Shown here one piece after another: positions 9,756 to 18,792 of a stretch of 64,000 nt of DNA. The DNA lies in contig JAQTSO010000003.1 of the NCBI GenBank assembly GCA_028711215.1, forward strand, positions 270-64,269. Reading direction: 5' to 3'. Origin of the DNA: Endomicrobiaceae bacterium (lineage in GTDB: Bacteria; Elusimicrobiota; Endomicrobiia; Endomicrobiales; Endomicrobiaceae). Numbering within the stretch: position 1 is the stretch's first letter; the number at the start of each line of letters is the position of its first letter. Below the pieces are notes generated by a model. It saw nothing but the letters and a program-made list of their open reading frames with translations, was not told the origin of the DNA and did no database searches. The position numbers were made by a program, and so were the translations under genes.

Positions 9756-11141
9756 TTAAATCTCCCGGGATATAAGTTTGTCATATATTATATCAAGTTT
9801 TATGCCTCTTGAAGCTTTAAAAAGCACAAGAGAATTTTCTTTTAAATCTTTTTTTAAATCTTGCAGAAGTAAATCTCTGTTATCAAAATATTTGGTTCGC
9901 TTATTTAAAATCCTGTCTTTCATATATTTCGATTTATCTCCGAATAAATAAACTGTATTAACTGAGGGGAGTGTATTAATAAATTCTCCGATTTCTATGT
10001 GATATTGATCAGAATTGTCTCCCAGCTCCAACATATCTCCCAAAACCAATATAATATCTTTATTTGGATAGGATTGTTCTAAACTGGAAATAGATTCTTT
10101 CATTGATGAAGGATTAGCATTGTAAGCATCATTTATAACAATAGCTCCGTTATCAAGTTTAACAGACTGCATTCTCATTTTCGGCGGGAAAAATGTTTTT
10201 AAACCTTCACTAATTTCGCTGATTGAAAACCCCATGTCATTTGCAACGGCGATTGTTCCCAAAGCATTAAGAATATTAAACTTTCCCTTTAAGGGAATTT
10301 CAAAAGTTTCAAAGATTCCATTCACAAAAACATCAAAAGTCGGATTATCTATATCCAGTTTTATATTTTTTGCATATATATTTGCATTCGGATTGAAACC
10401 AAAAGTTACAACTTTTTTAGATATAGTATTAACTATGGATTTTAAATATGGATTATCTATATTTAATGCTATTACACCGTTATCATTTAAACCATCAATG
10501 ATTTGTATTTTTTCTCTTAGGACATTTTCCTGATTTTTAAAAAATTCAAGGTGTGATGATCCGATATTGGTTATAATTGCATAATCTGGAGTGACAATAT
10601 CTGTCAAAGTTTTTATTTCCCCGAATTCAGATGTCCCTAACTCAAAAACGGCGTATTTCGTATCATAAGTTAAATTGAAAACTGTCAGGGGAACACCTAT
10701 TCTGTTATTGAAATTTCCTTGATTGTTTAATGTCTTTGCTTTTTGTTTTAAAATTGATGCCAGCATTTCTTTTGTTGTTGTTTTTCCGTTGGATCCTGTT
10801 ATTGCAATGGTTTTTAAATCTGTAAATTTGTTCTTATACATTTTTGCAACCTTTTCCAATGCAATCGAAGTGTTTTGAACTTTTACAAATATAGGCTGAT
10901 AAGGGGAGTAATTTATTTGAATATTATCATCGGAATATATTATTGCCGATACTTTTTTTCCAACAACATCTTTTATAAAGTCATGTCCGTCAAGATTTTT
11001 TCCTTTTATTGCAAAAAACAGCGAATCTTTTTCTACTGTCCTGGAATCAATTCCGATTTTATTTATTGATATATCAGGATTGCCACCGGTAAATTTGCCG
11101 TTTATAGATTTTATTATTTCAGTTAAATTTATATTTTCCAT
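9756..11141 (-). CDS. murF: UDP-MurNAc-tripeptide--D-Ala-D-Ala ligase MurF
   Basis: 461 aa. Mur ligase P-loop GSNGKTTTKEM and NDAYNANPSSM motif. Position between murE and mraY. Confidence 0.93.
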   Translation of the reverse strand: MENINLTEIIKSINGKFTGGNPDISINKIGIDSRTVEKDSLFFAIKGKNLDGHDFIKDVVGKKVSAIIYSDDNIQINYSPYQPIFVKVQNTSIALEKVAKMYKNKFTDLKTIAITGSNGKTTTKEMLASILKQKAKTLNNQGNFNNRIGVPLTVFNLTYDTKYAVFELGTSEFGEIKTLTDIVTPDYAIITNIGSSHLEFFKNQENVLREKIQIIDGLNDNGVIALNIDNPYLKSIVNTISKKVVTFGFNPNANIYAKNIKLDIDNPTFDVFVNGIFETFEIPLKGKFNILNALGTIAVANDMGFSISEISEGLKTFFPPKMRMQSVKLDNGAIVINDAYNANPSSMKESISSLEQSYPNKDIILVLGDMLELGDNSDQYHIEIGEFINTLPSVNTVYLFGDKSKYMKDRILNKRTKYFDNRDLLLQDLKKDLKENSLVLFKASRGIKLDIIYDKLISREI

Positions 11142-11151
11142 TTTATTATTT

Positions 11152-12615
11152 TTATATTAATTTCAGAACTTCTTCTTTATCATCAAAATGAAACTTTGTA
11201 GTTCCTATTATTTGATAAGTTTCATGCCCCTTACCGGCAAGTAATACTATATCATTTTTACCGGCAGATTTAATAGCTTCCCTAATTGCTTCTCGTCTGT
11301 CTATAATTACCTTATAATTTGTTTTATTTATTTTTTTAGCACCGCTTTCTACTTCTTCAACTATCAGAACCGGATCCTCTTCTCTGGGATTATCTGAAGT
11401 TATAAACACAAAATCACTCAGAGAACATGCAGTTTGTGCCATAAGAGGTCTTTTTGTTTTATCCCTATTGCCACCGCATCCAAATATGGTAATAATTTTA
11501 TTATGATTTAAATTTTTTATAGCAGATAATACATTTTGCAATGCATCATTTGTATGAGCATAATCAACAATTACTGTAAAACCGTTTTTTGAAATTATTT
11601 TTTCAAATCTTCCGGGAGCCGGCAAAGTATTTTCCAGTCTGTTTATTATATCATGAAATTTGAAACCACTTGCCATGCATATGGCAAAAACAGCTAATAT
11701 ATTATAAACATTATGTAATCCTATATGTTGTATTGTTATATTTTTATCGCCAAATACAGATGTTAGTTGAAATGAAGAACTGTCATTGTTTAGTTGTATG
11801 TCGGATGCATTAATTTGCGCCGTTTTGTCTTTGACCGAATATGAAATTTTTTGAACTTTTAAATTTTTTTCAAAAAGTTTTTTTCCGTAAACATCGTCTA
11901 TGTTAATTATTTCATATTTTCTATTTTGTTTTGTATTATTCTGTAGTGATGAAAACAATAAGGATTTAGCTTCAAAATATGTATCCATATTCTTATGAAA
12001 ATCGAGATGATCCGGCGTTAAATTTGTCCAAACAGCAATATCAAATTCTATGCCTTTGACTCTGCCTAATACTAATGAATGAGAAGAAACTTCCATAATA
12101 AGATATTTTATGTTATGAGCCAGCATCTCACTCATCATTTTATATAGATCTAAAGAATGCGGAGTTGTGTTGGAAGCATCAATCTTTTTATCTGCGTATC
12201 TGTGATTTATAGTTCCTATTACACCGATTTCAACTCCGAGAGATTTAAATAATGATTCTGTCATGTAAGTTATAGATGTTTTTCCGTTGGTACCGGTAAC
12301 ACCGATTACCGTCATCTTTTTGTCGGGATAATCATAAAATTTGGCACTTATCTTTGCCATTGCGTCAATTACATCAGACACGATAATATTTACACAGGAT
12401 AATCCGTCAATTTTTTCTTCGGAAACTACACATAATGCACCTTTTAAAACAGCTTCTTCTGCAAATTTAATCCCGTTGGTATGTACCCCTTTTAATGCAA
12501 AAAACATATAACTATCAGATATTTTTCTGGAATCGTATGATAAACCCAGAATATCAATTTCACTGTTACCTATAATTTGATTTTCAATTTCTGATATTAA
12601 ATCTTTCAAAAACAT
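11152..12615 (-). CDS. murE: UDP-MurNAc-L-Ala-D-Glu--2,6-diaminopimelate ligase MurE
   Basis: 487 aa. P-loop GTNGKTS. DNPR motif (TSDNPREEDP), which in characterised MurE enzymes marks meso-DAP specificity. Confidence 0.93.
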   Translation of the reverse strand: MFLKDLISEIENQIIGNSEIDILGLSYDSRKISDSYMFFALKGVHTNGIKFAEEAVLKGALCVVSEEKIDGLSCVNIIVSDVIDAMAKISAKFYDYPDKKMTVIGVTGTNGKTSITYMTESLFKSLGVEIGVIGTINHRYADKKIDASNTTPHSLDLYKMMSEMLAHNIKYLIMEVSSHSLVLGRVKGIEFDIAVWTNLTPDHLDFHKNMDTYFEAKSLLFSSLQNNTKQNRKYEIINIDDVYGKKLFEKNLKVQKISYSVKDKTAQINASDIQLNNDSSSFQLTSVFGDKNITIQHIGLHNVYNILAVFAICMASGFKFHDIINRLENTLPAPGRFEKIISKNGFTVIVDYAHTNDALQNVLSAIKNLNHNKIITIFGCGGNRDKTKRPLMAQTACSLSDFVFITSDNPREEDPVLIVEEVESGAKKINKTNYKVIIDRREAIREAIKSAGKNDIVLLAGKGHETYQIIGTTKFHFDDKEEVLKLI

Positions 12616-12624
12616 AAAAAATTC

Positions 12625-14364
12625 CTATTTTTTTATTTTAGCAATATCATCTTTCGGAATATTCAGATATTGCATGGTTCTCCGTGCTATTTTAGCAAAA
12701 ACAGGGGCAGCAACAGAAGAAGCATAATAGTCACCCTGTGGTTCATCAAATAAGACGAGTATAACTAATTTTGGTTTCATTGCAGGAATCATCCCGCAAA
12801 ATGATGATACATAATATTTTTTTGAATATTTTCCTATTGTTTTATCTATTTTTTGGGCAGTACCTGTTTTGCCGCCTACCGTATAACCTTCAATTTTTGC
12901 TCCTTTCCCGGTTCCGTTATCAACAACTCCTTTTAAAATTTTACGAATTTGTGTGGCGGTATCTTCCGAAATTACCCTGCGAACTATAAACGATTGTGTC
13001 GATTGTTGAACAGAATTTATAGATTTTATAATTTGAGGTTTTACTAACAAACCGTTATTGGCAACAGCGGAAAAACTATTTATTGTTTGCAAAGGTGTTG
13101 TTAATATTTCTTGACCAAACGATATTGTATGTAAACTTCTTCCGCTCCAGGCATTTGTCGTTTTTAAAGTTCCGTTTTCTTCGCCGTTTAATTCAATTCC
13201 TGTTTTGCTGTCAAAACCGAATAATTTAATATATTTGTAAAATTTATCCTTCCCCAGAGCCAGTGCGATTTTAGCTGTTCCTATATTTGAAGAATATTCT
13301 ATAACCTGAGTCAGAGTAATAACCCCTTGTTTTTCATGATCACTGATTATAACATTTTTATAAATTTCCATTTTTCCGTTTTGGCAGTCTATTTTATCGG
13401 TTGGTTTTAATAATTTTTCTTCCAGTACACCGGCAAGAGCAACGATTTTAAAAGTAGACCCCGGTTCATTTGTTCCGCTAATGGCATAATTTCGCAATAC
13501 GGACAGATCTTTAATTTTTTCACTGAGGGCGTAATTAGGTAATGAAACCATGGCAAGAATATCACCTGAATATGGATCCTGAACAATTGCAACGGCATGT
13601 TTTGCTTTGGTTTGTTTGAAAGCTTCCCTCAATTCCTGTTCAACAATAAATTGTATTTTCTTATCTGTTGTTAAACAGACTGATTTTCCATAGTATAAAT
13701 TTTCATTGGGAGTTGTGGTATAAATACTCTTTCTTTTTACTCCGCCGATTTCTTTTGTTGCTATTTTTAAATAATCTCCGCTTAAATGATTGTTACAGGT
13801 ATTTTCAATCCCTTCAATGCCTATTCCGGAGGCATTTACTCTACCTAAAACATGAGACAGCATTTTTGTTTCGGGATATTGACGTATATACCTATAAGTG
13901 AATTTACACTCATAACCGACAAGCAATTGTTTATTGTTTTTCATCTGTTCTATAATATTTTCATCTAAGTCATCTATTATTTTTATATTTCTTTTTTTTT
14001 GATTTACTTGTTGGATTTGTTGAGGTGAGAGTTTTATGTTAAATTCAGTCAATATTTTTATTATTTTATCAATGTCTTTGATGTTTTTACCGTCTAAAAA
14101 CAGCGTGTATTTTTTTACACTCATAGCTAAAACATTGCCGTTTCTGTCTAAAATATCGCCACGTCTGGGTTTTTCTGTGATTTCTTTATTAACCGTGAAA
14201 TCAACACGTTTATCAGTATCGCTAAATTTAAAAATCTGGAAATAAAAGGCTCTTGTAGTAATTATTAAAAACATAAACAATATAAGGAGAAGTATAAATG
14301 TTTTTCTTTTTTTAATGTTAACTTGTTGATTTTTTTGAAATATAAATATGTTTTTTTTAATCAT
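12625..14364 (-). CDS. ftsI: class B penicillin-binding protein (FtsI-type transpeptidase)
   Basis: 579 aa. N-terminal TM anchor and the transpeptidase triad STFK (GSTFKIV), SSN (YSSNIG) and KTGT (GGKTGTAQ). Confidence 0.93.
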   Translation of the reverse strand: MIKKNIFIFQKNQQVNIKKRKTFILLLILFMFLIITTRAFYFQIFKFSDTDKRVDFTVNKEITEKPRRGDILDRNGNVLAMSVKKYTLFLDGKNIKDIDKIIKILTEFNIKLSPQQIQQVNQKKRNIKIIDDLDENIIEQMKNNKQLLVGYECKFTYRYIRQYPETKMLSHVLGRVNASGIGIEGIENTCNNHLSGDYLKIATKEIGGVKRKSIYTTTPNENLYYGKSVCLTTDKKIQFIVEQELREAFKQTKAKHAVAIVQDPYSGDILAMVSLPNYALSEKIKDLSVLRNYAISGTNEPGSTFKIVALAGVLEEKLLKPTDKIDCQNGKMEIYKNVIISDHEKQGVITLTQVIEYSSNIGTAKIALALGKDKFYKYIKLFGFDSKTGIELNGEENGTLKTTNAWSGRSLHTISFGQEILTTPLQTINSFSAVANNGLLVKPQIIKSINSVQQSTQSFIVRRVISEDTATQIRKILKGVVDNGTGKGAKIEGYTVGGKTGTAQKIDKTIGKYSKKYYVSSFCGMIPAMKPKLVILVLFDEPQGDYYASSVAAPVFAKIARRTMQYLNIPKDDIAKIKK

Positions 14365-14645
14365 TCTTTTATAGTAACAATTTCATTCTCAGTGGGAGCA
14401 GCAAATTTTTTTTCTTTGGCAATTTTATCTAATTTTTCCAGGGACAGTATGGCATTAATCTTATACTTTGTTTCATCCGTATCAGTTTTCAATCTGTCAT
14501 ATTCTACTTTTAAACGTGAATTTTCAGATTCAAATTTTAATAACAAGTTAGGCAGGTATGTGTAAATTACAATTGTTCCCAAGATTATTAAAACAATCCA
14601 TATAAAAACAACAATTTTAAATAGTTTAGGTTTATTTTTATACAT
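14361..14645 (-). CDS. ftsL: cell division protein FtsL-like (single TM plus coiled coil)
   Basis: Small bitopic protein between rsmH and ftsI. I prefer the ATG at 14645 (MYKNKPKLF...), which overlaps the rsmH stop by 8 nt, over the longest ORF (to 14675). Stop overlaps the ftsI start by 4 nt. Confidence 0.7.
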   Translation of the reverse strand: MYKNKPKLFKIVVFIWIVLIILGTIVIYTYLPNLLLKFESENSRLKVEYDRLKTDTDETKYKINAILSLEKLDKIAKEKKFAAPTENEIVTIKE

Positions 14646-15531
14646 TACAATTCTCCAATACACGCATCTTTGCACTTCTGCTTCTGGGATTATTTTCTAT
14701 TTCGGTTTCATTTGCTATTATAACTTTTTTATTAATAATTTTTAATCCATAACTTTGAAAATTCTTAAAGCTTTGTTTAACGATTCTGTCTTCTAAAGAA
14801 TGATAAGTTAGTATTACGGCTCTTGCATTTAGCGATAAAACCTGAGGTAAACTGCTTAACATTTCCTGTAAACTTCCAAGTTCATCATTTACATAGATTC
14901 TAAGTGCCTGAAATATTTTTGTTGACGGATTAATTTTATCTTTTTTCCATTTTACACTGCAAACAATATCGCTTAGTTGTCTGCAGGTTTTAATTTTTCC
15001 TTTAATTCTGCTTTCTATAATTTTTTTTGCTATTTGTCTGGAAAAAGATTCTTCTCCGTATTGAAAAAAAATTCGCTCCAATTCCTCTTGATTATAAGAA
15101 TTTATAATATCATAAGCAGATAATGTTTGATTTTGGTCCATTCTCATATCTAGGGGGTCATTAGAATTAAATGAGAATCCTCTGGCCATATCATCCAGTT
15201 GTTTAGATGATACACCCAAATCGGCAAATAAACCATTTACCTTCTCAATGTTTTTTTCTTTTAATTGATTTAATACGTGTCTGAAATTTGATTTGCAAAA
15301 TATTATTCTGTCTTTAAATTTTATTATGTTATCATTGCTTAAAAAACGGTTATAAGAATCAATGTCCTGATCAAACGCAATTATTTTTATATTGTCAAAC
15401 TGTTCCAAAAAATATAGGGAATGTCCCCCTCCGCCAAAAGTGCAATCTATATAATAACCATCGTTTTTAGTAATTAGATATTGAGTTACTTCATCTGACA
15501 TAACGGGTTTATGGTAAAAGGCATCACTCAT
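14638..15531 (-). CDS. rsmH: 16S rRNA (cytosine1402-N4)-methyltransferase RsmH
   Basis: 297 aa. HKPVM start, SAM motif DCTFGGGGHS and SLEDRIVK motif. First gene of the dcw cluster. Confidence 0.95.
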   Translation of the reverse strand: MSDAFYHKPVMSDEVTQYLITKNDGYYIDCTFGGGGHSLYFLEQFDNIKIIAFDQDIDSYNRFLSNDNIIKFKDRIIFCKSNFRHVLNQLKEKNIEKVNGLFADLGVSSKQLDDMARGFSFNSNDPLDMRMDQNQTLSAYDIINSYNQEELERIFFQYGEESFSRQIAKKIIESRIKGKIKTCRQLSDIVCSVKWKKDKINPSTKIFQALRIYVNDELGSLQEMLSSLPQVLSLNARAVILTYHSLEDRIVKQSFKNFQSYGLKIINKKVIIANETEIENNPRSRSAKMRVLENCNV

Positions 15532-15540
15532 TATGTTTTC

Positions 15541-15903
15541 CTATTTTGAGAAAAACATTCTCACGGCAACAATGAGCATAATAATTGAGAATATTTTCCT
15601 TAATATATTTGCAGGTAATACTGTCGCAAATTTTGCGCCAAAATAACCGCCTATAATAAATCCGCAACAAATAATAAGAGCAACCGGGATATTTACATTT
15701 CCTGCTTTGTAGTAAATCCAAATTGTAAGGATGCTTGCAGGTAAAACAGCCAAAGCAGTACCTTGAGCGGAATGTTGGGTCATCCCAAAAAACAATACAA
15801 GCAGTGGCACCATGACAACGCCGCCGCCGATGCCGGCAAGTCCGCTTAATGAACCTGCCAACAAACCTATAAGTATGCAATAAATAACTGAAATTATATC
15901 CAT
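15541..15903 (-). CDS. half-size TSUP (TauE/SafE, DUF81) family membrane protein
   Basis: 120 aa with about four predicted TM segments and the glycine-rich GLAGIGGGVVMVPLL motif of TSUP transporters. Canonical members are about twice this length. Confidence 0.7.
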   Translation of the reverse strand: MDIISVIYCILIGLLAGSLSGLAGIGGGVVMVPLLVLFFGMTQHSAQGTALAVLPASILTIWIYYKAGNVNIPVALIICCGFIIGGYFGAKFATVLPANILRKIFSIIMLIVAVRMFFSK

Positions 15904-15926
15904 AAATACACCGCTTACAAAGAAAA

Positions 15927-16260
15927 TGTAGATACCTATACACCGAATTCTGTATGTTTGTTTCCAAACATTACGGTCATTTCTCTGCTACGCAAATTGC
16001 TCTGCATAGTCAAGCGATAGATATTCTATCTTGCTTTCCAGTAAGGATTTAGCCGTTTCACTCTTGTTTTTGTTAAACTTATCACAAGATTCTCCCTTAA
16101 AAAAGGGAGCTTTCTACTTTTCAGTAAAAAGCGTCACTGTTCGCACCTCTATCCTTGCGGACGATGGGAATTACCCACTACCGTTTTCTCATTTAAGAGA
16201 ATAAAGTTCGGACTTTCCTCTTTGTAAAATTAATTACAAAGCGACCGTACAGTATCTACA
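15927..16260 (-). ncRNA. rnpB: RNase P RNA (bacterial, type A-like)
   Basis: Minus strand reads 5'-TGTAGATAC...P3 hairpin TTTGTAATTAATTTTACAAA-GAGGAAAGTCCGAAC (P4 5' strand)...ACAGAATTCGG (P4 3' strand)...GTATCTACA-3'. The terminal 9-mers are perfectly complementary (P1). Total length 334 nt. Confidence 0.9.
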
Positions 16261-16264
16261 TAAT

Positions 16265-16984
16265 CTATATGTGTTTTTTATTAAACAAAATTCTTGAACA
16301 ATTATCACAATAGACAAGTTCCTGACATTTTGTAGCCTGATTTATTAATTGAGGTCTTAGCACCATATTACAAGCAGTGCAACTGTCTCCATCAAGTAAA
16401 GCAAGCCCTTGACCATTTCTGTTTTCTCTTATTCTTTCATATTGTGACAAAATATTTGTGTTTATTTTTTTTGCAAACTCGTTTCTTTCTTTTTTTAAAA
16501 TAATGATATCGTCCATATATTTTTTTATATTTTGTTCTATCAACGAAATTGTATTGGTTGCCTCTGCTTCTGTTTTTTTTAAAGTTTCTTCATATTGTTT
16601 TAAATTAATAAGTTCTTGATCAATACTGTCCATTAACATTAAAATTTCATCTTCAATATTGCTTTTATCTGCTTTTGCTTTTTCTATTTCCAAAAGACAC
16701 GTTTTATAAACATCGTTTGATTTAACAGAATTTAAATCAGAAGTATGTTTCGCAATAACTGTTTCTTTTGTTGACAACAAAGATTCTTTTTCTTTTTTTA
16801 GAGAACTTAGTCTGACATATTCGATTTTTTCGCTTTCAAATTTAGCCTTTAAATTTATAATTTCTTGTTTTTTTTCTTCAATTTCCTTTGGTAAATTTAA
16901 AGACTGTTGTTCTAAATTTACAATACGAGTATCCAATTCTTGTAAATCAGACAGCAATAATAACATTTCTTTCAAATTTTCCAT
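16265..16984 (-). CDS. coiled-coil protein with C-terminal C4 zinc ribbon (COG1579/DUF164-like)
   Basis: 239 aa. Long heptad-like Glu/Lys-rich region followed by CTAC-x17-CDNC. Architecture matches the zinc-ribbon coiled-coil family. Confidence 0.75.
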   Translation of the reverse strand: MENLKEMLLLLSDLQELDTRIVNLEQQSLNLPKEIEEKKQEIINLKAKFESEKIEYVRLSSLKKEKESLLSTKETVIAKHTSDLNSVKSNDVYKTCLLEIEKAKADKSNIEDEILMLMDSIDQELINLKQYEETLKKTEAEATNTISLIEQNIKKYMDDIIILKKERNEFAKKINTNILSQYERIRENRNGQGLALLDGDSCTACNMVLRPQLINQATKCQELVYCDNCSRILFNKKHI

Positions 16985-17103
16985 TATATCTCCACATAAG
17001 TAAAAATAACCTTAACAATTTTAAATTATAGCAAGTTTGAATATATTAGGCAATATTTAAAAATGTGATTTAATTTTAGATTTATTTAAAATAATCATGT
17101 TGA

Positions 17104-17754
17104 TTAAAAATTACTTTTCGGATTTGTTTTGATGTAAAACCTGCATAGATGTTTGATTGGGCAAATTATATGATTAGGTTTTCTTGCTTTACAAATTCTG
17201 CGTCCCAAAGTTTGTATTAAAAATGAAATTTTTATCCAATGTTTTTTCGGAATAATTTTTATTAAATCTTGTTCTATTTTTTTAGGGTCTGAGTTTTTTG
17301 ATAAACCGATTAAATTTGACAGTCTTATAACATGTGTGTCAACGGCAATTCCTGCTGTAATTCCGTACCCGCTTCCGAGAACTATGTTTGCCGTTTTTCT
17401 TGCTACTCCGTCTAATTTGATAAGTTCTTCCATCGTTTTTGGCACAATCCCGTTATGATTTTTTAATATTTTATTTGCCGTTGAAATTATATTTTTCGCC
17501 TTATTTCTGTAAAACCCTATGGATTTTATATCATTTTGGAATTCAATAATATCTGCTTTTGCATAATCAGTGACAGTTTTATATTTTTTAAATAAACAGG
17601 ATGTAACTATATTAACTCTTTTATCTGTGCATTGAGCAGAAAGTATAGTGGCAACTAATAATTCAAATACATTGGAAAAATTTAAAGCGATATCGATATC
17701 TTTGTATTCTTTATTTAGGATTTTAATGATTTTATCAATATTTTTATTCATCAT
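17104..17754 (-). CDS. nth: endonuclease III (DNA glycosylase/AP lyase)
   Basis: 216 aa. HhH-GPD region LDGVARKTANIVL with catalytic Lys, and VDTHV with catalytic Asp. C-terminal Fe-S loop reads C188-x6-H195-x2-C198-x5-C204 (His where Cys is expected). Confidence 0.9.
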   Translation of the reverse strand: MMNKNIDKIIKILNKEYKDIDIALNFSNVFELLVATILSAQCTDKRVNIVTSCLFKKYKTVTDYAKADIIEFQNDIKSIGFYRNKAKNIISTANKILKNHNGIVPKTMEELIKLDGVARKTANIVLGSGYGITAGIAVDTHVIRLSNLIGLSKNSDPKKIEQDLIKIIPKKHWIKISFLIQTLGRRICKARKPNHIICPIKHLCRFYIKTNPKSNF

Positions 17755-18535
17755 ATTTAATATTGAGTATTTTTATAATTTGAGGATGTAGTAACTTATT
17801 TGAAGCAACCATAGTTTGCCCAAATAAAAAATTATCTTTATTATCAAAATCTGAGATTTTTCCACCGGCTTCTGCAACCATTAAGATGCCGGCAGCCACA
17901 TCCCACGGCTTAAGCCCTTCTTCCCAAAAAAAATCAAATCTGCCACAGGCCACATATGCCAGATCTATTGCCGCAGAACCGAACCTTCTAAGTCCTTGAG
18001 TTTTTAACATTATGTTTGTGAAATTTTTTAAAACTCTTTTATGATTTTGATGAGTATAATAAGGAAAACCAGTTACAGGCAGAGCCCTTATCATTTTGTT
18101 TATATTAGAAACTTTAATTTTTTTATTGTTTAAAAAACTACCCTTGCCTTTTTCTGCCACAAATAATTCTTTCAATGCAGGTGCATAAACTACTGCGGAT
18201 ATGATTTCATTTTTATATAGTAATCCTATTGAAATACAAAATGTCGGAACACCGTGTACAAAATTAACTGTCCCGTCCAGAGGATCTATAATCCAGCAAT
18301 AATCACTTTTATTTTTTTCAAAATTATCTTTTTCTTCTGCAATGATATTATGATTTGGAAAATATTTTTTAATAGTGGAAACTATTATCTGTTGGGATTG
18401 TCTGTCGGCAATTGTTACGGGGTCAACTTTACCTTTATATTCAATATCTTTCAGATTATTGAAATATTTTAAAAGGATTTCAGATCCGGCATTTGCGCTT
18501 TCAATTGCCACATTAGTATATTTGTTGAATCTCAT
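17744..18535 (-). CDS. inositol monophosphatase family protein (SuhB-like)
   Basis: IMPase motifs WIIDPLDGT and WDVAAG. I place the start at ATG 18535 (MRFNKY...). The longest ORF starts at a TTG (18556) inside the tRNA-Asp terminator stem. Confidence 0.88.
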   Translation of the reverse strand: MRFNKYTNVAIESANAGSEILLKYFNNLKDIEYKGKVDPVTIADRQSQQIIVSTIKKYFPNHNIIAEEKDNFEKNKSDYCWIIDPLDGTVNFVHGVPTFCISIGLLYKNEIISAVVYAPALKELFVAEKGKGSFLNNKKIKVSNINKMIRALPVTGFPYYTHQNHKRVLKNFTNIMLKTQGLRRFGSAAIDLAYVACGRFDFFWEEGLKPWDVAAGILMVAEAGGKISDFDNKDNFLFGQTMVASNKLLHPQIIKILNIKYDE

Positions 18536-18543
18536 AATTAAAC

Positions 18544-18573
18544 AAAAAAAGTCCAATCTTTTAAAATTGGACT
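18544..18573 (-). terminator. intrinsic terminator downstream of tRNA-Asp
   Basis: Minus strand: AGTCCAAT-TTTAAAAG-ATTGGACT (8-bp perfect stem) followed directly by TTTTTTT. Confidence 0.75.
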
Positions 18574-18586
18574 TGTTATTAATTTT

Positions 18587-18665
18587 TGGCGGGGACGACG
18601 GGATTTGAACCCGCGGTCTCTGCCTTGACAGGGCAGTGTGTTAAACCAGGCTACACCACATCCCC
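18587..18665 (-). tRNA. tRNA-Asp (anticodon GUC), CCA encoded
   Basis: Reverse complement GGGGATGTGGTGTAGCCTGG...CTGCC-CTGTCAA-GGCAG...GGGTTCAAATCCC...CCCCGCCA. Cloverleaf arms pair, anticodon loop CUGUCAA gives GUC, and T-loop GTTCAAATC is present. Confidence 0.93.
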
Positions 18666-18792
18666 AAAAGTTAACACGAACGGAATTGTACCAGAATAGA
18701 TTTTATTTGTCAAACATATTTTTGCTTTACAGAAAGGCTTGAAAATACTAAAATATGCAACTAGTGGGATTAAAGAAAATGAGGAGAGTATC

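Noticed and set aside
18666-18792. Possible purine or ZTP riboswitch or other leader upstream of purC.
   Set aside because: I could not find the conserved purine-riboswitch junction sequences or the ZTP pseudoknot motifs. The region is short and A/T-rich. A covariance-model scan would be the decisive test.
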